Source of the DNA: Gekko japonicus
Taxonomy: Eukaryota
Reading direction: 5' to 3'
Length of the DNA: 64,000 nucleotides
Assembly (NCBI RefSeq): GCF_001447785.1
Contig: NW_015168654.1
Coordinates: 1,748,031-1,812,030 of the forward strand
Position numbers and translations under genes: made by a program
The notes under the pieces: model-generated
What the model was told of the DNA's origin: nothing
Seen by the model: the letters and a program-made list of their open reading frames with translations, nothing else
Database searches by the model: none
In this document: one piece after another, positions 12,621 through 23,300 of the stretch
Layout of the letters: every line of letters starts with the position of its first letter
Numbering within the stretch: the first letter of the stretch is position 1

Positions 12621-14257
12621 TGAAGGGTGGAGTATAAATCCAATCTCCTCTTCTCCTCTTTTTCTTTCTTCAACAGGAAGACTGACTGGCTTGGGCTGGC
12701 AAAGTTGCTGCCATTTGGGTAGCGGGCAGCAAACTAATTTGGGGTAGTAAGTAACTGCACTGTCATGGAGTGGACCAAGGGGGAAAAAGCCCCCATCGGT
12801 CTCCCCTGCTGTGAAGCACGTATAGGTTTCTGACTCTTTTCTAGTACCCTGTGGAATGGACCTCTCAGGACAGCCTCCAAAGGAATATTTAGGGTAGTGG
12901 TCATGGAATGAATTTCCTTCTGGGGTCATCTCTTCCCTTAAAAGCCATCTTGAACCAAGAGGAAAGGTGGGATGTAAATGTTTTAATAAACAAGTTAATA
13001 ATAAATTGAACCTTCCTCGTTCTTAGCACCTTTCCCCCCCTCTGCTGTCCTGCCAGAACCCTTGTTTCTTCTTTGTGGGGATGTTCATGACCCTGGAACG
13101 GAAGCATGCCTCGGTCTGCAGCTGGGTCAGTTAGCAAACATGCCAAGGATAACATGAGCTTCAGACACCAAGGGTCAGCCCTTCTCTCTAGTTCTGGCCG
13201 TGCCTACCATTTGCTGCTTAAGAGAGAGGAAGAGCTCTGGTGTGTTGCTGGCCTAGTGGGAAATGACAAGTCCTGCTGGGTCTCACCAGTCGCAGATGCC
13301 TTGCATGGTTTCCAGATCTTCCTTTGGTTTTGTCAGTGCATTCAGGAGCCCATTTTAAATGGCAGGGGTTGGCCTTAGAAGATGTAAAAACGGAGCAAGC
13401 AAAAATAGATACGAGAGCATCTCTGCACATGTGCACAGTTTATCTGAGCCATGGTCTTTTTAGAAGAGTGGGAATGAACCCTGGAACATGGGACATGATG
13501 AAGCCTGTGCCTCCGAACATGGGCAGAATGCCTTTAGTCATCACTAGGTAGATACAGTTTGTTGATTTATTTCCTTAATCTCTAGCCTGCCTTTCAAACA
13601 TGCTCAGATTCACTCCACAAAGTCTAGATTAAGGAATGGGTCTGCCTTCTAGGTGAGAGCATTCAAGCAGGTAGAGCCCAGGGCTCCTTTCATTTTTTAG
13701 TAACTAACTACAGTTATTTGGGAGTGAGATTTTGTGCCACTTAAACAGTAAGAAATACCAAGGTATTAAATTCACAATTTTTCAGCATGCAAGAAATGGA
13801 CTCCTTTAAAGCAGCTCAAACTGTCAAAAAAGAAAAGAAGAAAAGCAACTGTCAAAGGAAGGGCAACATACAGATCCTCATTCATCCCCTTCAAAGCTGC
13901 CTACTTGTTTCATTCCCTGCTTAGGGTAGAAGAGGTCCTATCTGTTTGCATCTGTTTTGTTTGGGGAAGGGGTGGAGTGAAGAGTATGACACTCTGTTGC
14001 CCTCTATGGTAAGGAAAATGGACTAGACTGGAGGAGAGAGGCTTGGGTTCACTGGATGGATTTAAGCCCCCTTGCCACGAGGACCACGGTCTCCCTTGAA
14101 TGTTTGCTGTAGCTCTGTAGTTCCAAGCACGCTTGTGGGGGCTAGTTCCTGTTGGATGCCAGGAGTGGCTGTTCTGTTTGGGAACCAGGGCTTCTGGCTT
14201 CTGTTCCATCCCTACAGAGAGCCCTCTCCAAGACACTCCTGTTCTCTGCACATCCAG

Positions 14258-14392
14258 CTTTGTCCGTGATGATTTCAAGCGCTACAAGGTGGACCTTGCC
14301 CATGTGGCCGAGCACCCGGCATGTGCGTTGCCCATCTCGGTGGTGATCAGCAACACGACGACAGGCACCCGCACCATCCTGCACGCCGCTAG
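14258..14392 (+). CDS. KHK: KHK exon 3a (KHK-A type)
   Basis: catccag|C...GCTAG|gtgcgt; 135 nt; [44 protein letters not shown]. Confidence 0.9.
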
Positions 14393-17300
14393 GTGCGTAG
14401 GCAGAGTGTTCCTTGTTTTCGGCTCTAACCCTCCTCTTTCTCTCCCCCTTCCCTGGCCCCAAGATTCATCCTGTCCGATTTCCAGAACCGCAACGTGAAT
14501 GTGGCCCATGTGGTCTGGCAGAGCCAGGGGGAGACGCCGTGTGCCTGCTGCATCGTCAACAGCTCCAATGGCTCTCGGACAGTCACTCTCTTTGACACGT
14601 AAGGCCCAGCCTGGCTGCTGCTTCTAACTCCCCCTGCCAATGGGTGGCGCCAGAGGGCACCCTGCCACTTGCCTTAGGGACCAGGCCTGCTCTAGCAAGC
14701 TCCTTTCCTCTTTCAACCAGCCACTTCCTCACATGGGACACTAGGGCTATGATGGTATTAACAGTGATTTCACCAGTTTCATGCTTTCATTCCATTTCCC
14801 ACAAGGGAGGAGATGTGCACTCCCAAGTATATCAGCCTGTTCCTCCCATCCTTATGGAGAGATTCTCTGATGCAGAGCAGAGCTCACGTCTGCCTGAATT
14901 CTCAGTATTTAGCATCAGGAAGCGCAAGGTGATGTGACCTGCACTTCAGGCATATTTGCATTGCACTGCACTGCACATTCAACTGCATAGCTGAATCTGT
15001 TTCTTTAGTGTTTTGGATTTTTAAAAAATTCTGCTGATCTTGAGGGAGCAGAAGGAAAATAGGCTGTCCATTGAGAAAATCTTATTCAGCAATCCTATTG
15101 CCTTCTCCGATTCTACCAATATTGCCTTTGCAGAAGGATCAAAACTCCAAAAGCAGAGGCTCTTGGGAATGGTAACTTTGGGGCCAAAATTGTGTTCTGC
15201 TGGTTTTTTGGCTCTTGTGTAGAATTGCCGCATAGCTGGATATAAGAAGTTGCCAATATGAAATCAGATTATTTGATCAACAGACTTTCTCTGGTAGAAA
15301 AAAAAGACTTCTCTCAGCACCAGCTATCTGGGCTTCTTTAGGTGGAGATGCCAGGGACCTTGTGCATGCCAGACATGTACTTTCTCACTGAGCTCTGGCC
15401 CTCCCCTTAAACAAAAGCAAAACTGCCATTGGGCCCAGCATTGTCTGATTTGCCTGGCAACCATTCTCTAGAGTATTTCCCAAGAGGCCTTGTAACTGGA
15501 GATATGAGGGATTGAACCGGGGACCTTGTGCATGCAAAGCACGTCCTCAGTCACTGGTCTGCGGGTCTTCCAAAGGAGAGAGGTGGTCAGAACCCATCCC
15601 TCACACAGCAGTTCCAACTACAGCCCCAGGAGCAAACTAATGCAGGGGGGCTTGGGCTTCTTGTATTCCTTGTGTAGGGAAACTGAAGCCAGTGGAGAGA
15701 TGAAGTTCAAACTCCTGAATAGGCCTGTCCATCCCGTCACAGTGCTGTGCACCCCCCCCCCCCCCCCCCGGCAGCACTCTTGTGCTTTTATTAATTGAGC
15801 TACAAACCAAAATATAGTAAGTGAAGCATGGGTCAGAAGCCCTGCCAGAACTTCTGAGCCTTATTTCTGCACATCTGTTGCACTCTGGGACCAGCTGCAA
15901 AGGAAGACTGGACTCCTGCCCTTCAAATAGTCGTTGAAAGAGAGAATTTTGGGAGGAACAGCTTTTCTTAACCTTGAATTACAAAGTTGCATCTCCCAAA
16001 GAACAAGCATATGTATCTCATTTTCAGAAGGCCAAAGCTCTTCATACATCTTGTTTTAATCAGTACTTACAACACCCCTGTAAGGTAGGGCTGTGTTGTC
16101 ATCGCGCATTGCAGAGGAGCTGAAAACATACAACTTGCCTAAGGGAAGTGAGTGTGTGGCAGAGGGGATATTTAAACCAGGATCCTCCTAGATCACAGTT
16201 CATTCTCTTAGCCACTGTGCTAGATGCTTCAGCATAACTATGGAAGGCACAGCCTCATCAATATCAGTTGCTTCTGGTTGTGCAAATGCTGCTTGGAAGC
16301 TGGGAACTGGATCCCTAGGTTCTCTGGAAAAGAAGTAGAATCTCACAAGGAGAAGAAACATGGAGTTTCTGGACTTTTGCCCTGACCTGGTAGGAGCTCC
16401 TCTGGATTCCTACTTTTCTAACTTGTCCTGCCTTTATGCGAAATATGGCAAACAGTGTGAAGAACAGAGCTCTGTAGGGTGTAGCTTTATTCTCTCTCTC
16501 TCTTCATCTCTTATCAGTAATGACTAATATTAATTATCCATCGAGTACACTTGATGTACAAAGTGCTTTTTGATTGCTATCTTGTTGGTCATTGTGACGT
16601 TTTAAAGTTTCCGCTTTTGACAACAAGTTCAGCAGGCAAAGCTTGGCATGCAGAAAATCTGCTGAATTTCTTCTTACTATGCAGCTTTTAAAAGACAGTT
16701 GGCAACCCAACATGCTGGTTGATGCTCGCATTTTACAACTTGGGAGAACCGAGGCTCAGGTGGAGGGATGCCACTCTGTAAGTCAAGTGATTCAGATGCC
16801 AAGACTTGCAAGGGCAGATCCTGTTCTTCATCCTCTCATCCATAGCCATGGCTGTGTTAGAAGGTACAAGACAAAAGTTGCGGGGTTCTGTAACCTCTAG
16901 CTTATGGTGCTAGGGCTCAAAGACGATGCTCCCAATCAGGATTTGTGTAGGGGCTTGCCTGAGCAGGTCGAAAGAGTCCCCACCACCTGACCCAAGCAGG
17001 TTCTCAGCATGGCGCCACCCAGTGGGAGGGGAAATACCATCTGTGCACGGTCAAGAAAGATCTGACTCACTTAATTCTTGGTAGATTCACCTACTAATCC
17101 TACACAATGCAGCCAATCATCTTTGCCAATGCTAATTCCTGATCGTCCTTCTTGGTAATTGCACACCACTGTTTCTCTCCTTGTTATATCCCCCCCCCCC
17201 CCCTCTTTCTGACTCATGGATTGAGAGTTGCAGGTGGGACGGCTTCTTGACCAGAGCAGGGGGGCACACCTGGAATCTGGACAGTGGAAGGTGAGAGGCT

Positions 17301-20300
17301 GTGGGCTTGCAAAGAGGCTCACCTGGGCCCAGTGATCCAAGACAGAAGGGAAGGCCACCATTGTGCAGTGGGGAAATGCTTTCTGTGACTTGGGAGGGGG
17401 TCTTCCCTTCCATGTGCTGAGACAGTGTCCCCCTATTTTGATACACTTCCAAGGGCTTTCCATGGTCCCCTTTTCACTCCTGTCCCTTAGGCAGCACTGC
17501 TAGCAAATGTTCAGCCTTACCATTTAAATATGGGGTTGTGCTCAAGTGAACTCCTCCCGAGGGGGTTTCTTAATCTTTATAGGGGATGGGCACAAAACTC
17601 CCCTCCTGCTGCCAGTGGAGCGGCAAGACTTGGTTAATGATTCCTCTGGGCCGGCACAGGCCTGGGAATGTCTTCCGGGTGGCCTTTGTCCCAGGGGCAG
17701 GTTTTGAGGGTTAATAATTGAAATGGGGTAGAGTCCAGTTCCCCATCATGGGGGCTGAGAGCCAGTTAACCCTTGGCCTACCAAGCACCCCAGATTACAG
17801 CCCTTGACACCTCACTGGGGCGTGGTACTGTTCTCAGGAGTAGGGGCCCATGAATTAAAAAGACGATCGTTCTAGAAGTGTGGGTGGGTGGGTGAAATTT
17901 CTTTTCCATTGGAATGGAATAACCACAGTTAGGCCTAGGGATGCCAGCCTCCACGTGGGTCTTAGGGATCCCCTGGAATTACAGCTCATCTCCAGACTAC
18001 AGAGATCAGCTTCCCTGGAGAAAATGGATGCATCGGAGGGTGGACTCTATGGCAGTGGGCCCCACTGAGGTTCCCTGTCCTCCCCAGGCTCCGTCCCCAG
18101 ATCTCCAGGAGTTTCCCAGCCTGGATCTGGCAACACTTACCCAGTGGCCAGTGGCCAGTAGCCAGGGGAACCTAGTGACTCTAATTAGGTCCTATATGTC
18201 TGGGTTTTGGACGGGCTTGCCTGATCAACGTAAACCTCAACCTATCTCTTATGGGAAATGGAGCCTCTCTTGGACACCAGTGAATGCAGCAGGCTTAAGG
18301 TCAGAGGTTTCCTTGCAGATACCTCCAAAACGGCCAAAGGCCAAGCAATTTCCGCAACAGCCTAGAAAAGGCAAGGTCAAGCAGGTGGTGATGCCTTTTG
18401 GTATTGCTTAAGGCTGGTTAACTGCCCATTTGGGGGTGTCTGGTCTGATACATTGCATGCTGGGATGTCTAATAAGGTGGGCTACCCTCCAGCATCAAAG
18501 TGATTTAAATTTCTTACCAGTACTACTGTCCCTCTCAAGGGGCTCAAAGCACAAGGTGGGTGGTGTCCACTAACTAATTTCTTACAGGTACTATGTGCTG
18601 GCCCATACCAGCTTCCTTTCATGCCTGGCTACTCTCCTCTTTGGAAATTGCAGAGTAGAGAGTGAGAGAATTTAGTCCTTGTTTTTATTTGGGGAGAGGG
18701 GTTGAGGCCCCTTCCAGTCATTCATACTTCTATAAACTACAGTCTACTCTTCCATAATGTAAGAAACATAAAGAATTGCCCTGCTGACCTACCCAGCACT
18801 GCACCCTCTGCCAGAAAGCCAGTCCAAATGCAAAGGTCTTACAGCATTTCTGGAAGATGCTCAGGCTCAGACTTTGACCATCTCCGAGGGAAACAAATTT
18901 CTGCGGCAGCTCCCTAGAACACTTCTCCCCATGTATTTTATGTTTAATTTTTATTTTACAAAATGTATATCCTTTCTTTCTGCCCTCACAAGGGCTAGCA
19001 GGGGGGCTAACAAACTAAAACGTACATAATAAAATCATGTTGTAAAACCATTAAAACCAACTCAACCCCCCCCCCACACACACATAATTAAAACCAGAGC
19101 TAAAACACAAAGACATAAAACCAACAATTAAAATGTTGGGCAGGAAGATGGGATCTCTGAGGGAACACCAAATCAAATGAAAAAGTTTTCACCTGCAGGT
19201 GGAGGATGGCAACAAAGAGGGACAGACGAATTTCATTGGAGAGAGAGTTCCAGCGTTTTGATGCTACGACTGAGAAGGCCTTCTCATGGGTTGCCACCTG
19301 CCTAGTTTCAGGAGGTGAGGGCACCCAAAGCAGGGCCCCTGAAGATGGCCATAGAGGTGGCCCTTCAGGTATGGTGATCCCAAACCATATAGGGCTTTAA
19401 AGGGCAACACCAGCACCTTGAATTGCACCCAGAAACAGCTGGGAAGCCAGTATAGATGGGCCAAGATTGGGGTGATAATTAGGGTTGCCAGCCTCCAGGT
19501 GGGGCCTGGAGATCCCCTGCTTTTACAACTGATCTCCAGCTAACAGAGAGCAGCTCCCCTGGAGAAAATGGCTGCTTTGAAGGGTGGACTCTGTGGCATT
19601 GTGCCATGCTGAGGTCCCTCCCCAAACCCCACCCTCTCCCAGATTCACTCCCAAAGTCTCCAGGTATTTTCCAACCCAGAGCTGGCAACCCTAAGTGATA
19701 GGGTTCCTATGACCCACTCCAGTCAACATCCTCGCAGCAGCATTCTGCACCAGTTGAAGTGTCCGAACACTTCTTAAGGCAGCCCCATGTAGAGCGCATT
19801 GCAGTAGTCTAACCCAGTGCTAGGCCTGGGTCCAAGAGCCCTCCGGTGTTCTGTTCAGATTTTCAGGCATGGATTTAAGAGGCCAGGCATCTTGGGCACA
19901 TTGTCAGGACATTTTCAAGACTGTCAGGAGCAAACTCTTCAGGGCTTCGTAGATTATAGCCAACATTTAGACTTGCTCTCTGCATACTGCTGGGAAGGGA
20001 GGCTGCTGCAGTGTTTTCCGACTCAGCCCCACGTGCAACACATAAATAGAACCTCCATATTCAGGAATCTGCCTCTGTTTGCCGGCTTCTGAGAGCAAAC
20101 AATAAGGATGGCTGGCTTCTTAATGCCTTGGCTGTGAGCGGCCCAGAAGCACTGGATGGGTGCCATGGAAACACAAAAGAGTTCAGTTGGCTTCCAGACA
20201 GGGAAGGCAGAGTCAAACAGTTTAAGCGGAGGTTTTAGGGTTGTTCTCTGTCAATTATTTTTTCAACAGGTATGCATTTTAATCACAGTTGCCTGCGCTC

Positions 20301-23300
20301 CTGCTCTTTGAAGGCAGGCTGTCGATTTAAATAATCTGAGGAGGGGGAGGCCCCGCAATAGCCTGCGTCCTCTGCTGTCTCACAGATTTTGTCCCCTCTG
20401 CATCTCTTCCACCCCTCTCTGCAGCAACCTGCCAGATGTGACAGATGCTGATTTTGAACAGGTTAACCTCTCTCAGTACAAGTGGATTCACTGGGAGGTG
20501 AGTGAGACTACAAGCCCTAAGCGCAGTGAGTAGGGTTACCAGCTCTGGGTTGGGAAATAACTGGGCAGAGCCTGAGGAAGGCGGGGTTTGGAGAGGGGGG
20601 GGGCAGGGCTTTTTTTGTAGAAAAAAACCAGCAGAAACTCATTAGCATATTAGGCCACACCTCTGATGCAACATATTAGCATATTAGGCCACACCCCATG
20701 CCTTCCCTTGGCTTGCCCAGGCAAGCCGGGCCTTGGACAGTCTGGGGGAGACATTTAAATACCTCCCCAATCCTTCCAGGCCCCCCACCGGGGCCCCCAC
20801 CTCGGAGTCGCCAAGGGGGGGGGTTACTCTCCAGGCCTTCCCTCTGTAGCCACGCATGCAGTGGTTTTGGCTGTAGTGGGCGTGGCCAACTCTGAAGCCA
20901 GCCAGAACGCCGTTCCTGTGCGTTCCTGCCCAAAAATAGCCCTGGGGGGGGGAACTTCAGTGGGCTATAATGCCATAGAGTCCACCTTCCAAAGCAGACG
21001 TTTTCTCCAGGTGAACTGGCCTGTCAGCTGGAGGTCAGTTGTAGTAGCCGGAGATCTCCAATCATCACCTGGAGATTGGCAACCCTAATAGTAAGTCATA
21101 AGTATGTTCACTGAATCGAATGGGGCTTGCTCCCCAGTAAGACTGCAGCCTGGGATGGTGACCTTTCCTGTCTCTGTCTGCCTGTGGCATATGGGATGGC
21201 AAAGCCCTTTGAGAGAACCGTCACTTGATAAATCTCACCGGTGGGTGCTCCTTTGCAGTAGTGAAGTGCCTCTTGCTGCTTAGGCCACCAAGCCATGCTT
21301 CGATCTGTGGCTATCCTCCTTTGCCTCCCCAGCTGCTTTGCCAGTCCTCTTGCCTCTTTGCCTCCCGTCCCCATTGCTGTTCCCCATCCCTACCCCTCCC
21401 TGTGGTTGGTGTTCCATATCTCGCCTTCTGCTCTTGTGCCTGGGCCGGTTAAAATCTCAGCTCAACCAAGGTGGCCGTAGGCATGCCAAGGAACAGCTGT
21501 GGCTCAGCAAGAGAGCTTTCTTTCTTTCGTTCCTTCTTTCCAACCCAAATGTGTATGCTGCCTTTCTGCCCCCAGGTGGCTAACTGTGAAACCGTTATAA
21601 ACACGTACCATAAAACAATTGATAAACAAAGCAATTAAAACCAAAACTAAAATGTACATTAAAATATAGAAAGCAGTAATTAAAGCACACAGCAGAAAGG
21701 AGGGGACGTTGAGGGAACATCAGATGAAGCACAAAATGTCTTCAACCACTGATGGAAAACAGTTGACAGAGGAGGAGAGATAAATATCCCCCGGGAGAGA
21801 CCTTTTGTGAGTCACTGCTCACTACATTTAGTTAGTCTTTAAGGTGCTACTGGACTCTTGCTCTTTTCTACTGCTACAAAGAGACTGACATGGTTGCCAA
21901 TCCTGCTCTATCCTGAGAGAGTGTTTTTATTGGTTTTGTTTATTTAAACATTTGTTAGCGACTTTTCTATCTTGTGGGACTCAAGGCGGCTTACAAAGTA
22001 AATTAAACAACAATTATCAAAACACATCAAAAACTCACAAGTGCTATTGCTATAGTTTTGGTGCTATGACCAAAAGGGCCCTCTCTCAGGTTGCCTATTG
22101 GGGGGGGGGGGGGGGATGTCCCAAAGCTGGGCCTTGGAAGATAACTTCAGCAGTTGGGTAGGTTTGTATGGGAATACGTGGTCCTTCCTTTACATGTAGG
22201 TGGTTTGGTTTTGGTCCCTTGGAAAGACTCCTGCCTATGCCACTGCCAGTGAGAGGGCACAGTCCTAGGCCTGACAGGTCAATGGTCAGACACTATAAGG
22301 CAGCTTCATATAAGCAGCTGCTGCCTCCAACTTGGTCGCAGGGCTGGTTTCCCAGGGTGGTCAGGTTGGGCATTTCCAAAGCCCCAAGACTAGAGAAAAG
22401 CTTAACACTCCCTTGCCTTGCATGGGACACCTGAGAAGAATTGGGGGGGGGGGGTGGATGATAAAACTATCCTGCATTACAGGACTGTTATATTATCCTG
22501 ATTGGGGGCCTGGAGACCAAGCCCTATGAGGAAAGGCAGAGGGACTTGGGAATGTTCAGTCTGGAGAACAGGAGGTTGAAGGGGGAGATGATTGCTCTCT
22601 TTAAGCATTTGAAGGGCTGTCCCTTAGAGGAGGGCAGGGAGCTGTTCCTGTTGGCACCAGAGGAGAGGACTCCCAATAATGGGTTTAAATTAAGGGCGGG
22701 AAGGTACCGGCTGGATCTTAGGATAAACCTTTTTACAGAAAGAGTTGTGCAACAGTGGAATCAGCTGCCTAGGGAGGCGGTGAGCTCCCCCTCCCTGGCA
22801 GTCTTTAAGGAGCGGCTGGACAAACACTTGTCAGGGATGCTCTAGGCTGATCCTGCATTGAGCAAGAGGTTGGACTAGATGGCCCGTATGGCCGCAACTC
22901 TGTGATTCTATGTTAAGTGTTATGAAAATGCCAAGTGTTTCCTGTGGGCAGGGTGCTTGCAGCCACTGCTAGATAAATGGGAAGGAGTGGGACCCATCCC
23001 TGCAATTCTCAACAGCTGTTCAGAGAAGTGGGTTGGGCAGAGGTGTCTGAGCAGAGAATCTGAGCGGCCTACCCCACTAAGAGCAACTCTCTTCAACAGA
23101 AATGCCTCTGAACAGGTGAAGATGATGCGACGGGTAGAAGAGTATAACGAAACCTGCCCTGAATCTCAGCGAGTGGGCACATCCGTGGAGGTGGAGAAGC
23201 CACGGCAAGAATTATACCAGCTCTTTGGCTATGGAGATGTGGTAGGGAACCCCCAAAGGTGGGAGCTGTTGAGAATCTAAGGGGGGGGGGTACCTTGGCT

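Noticed and set aside
1-14257. Search for KHK exons 1-2 (ILCVGL..LD; QRWQRGGNASNS)
   Set aside because: Not found by eye; most simply upstream of the window, so not called as a deletion.
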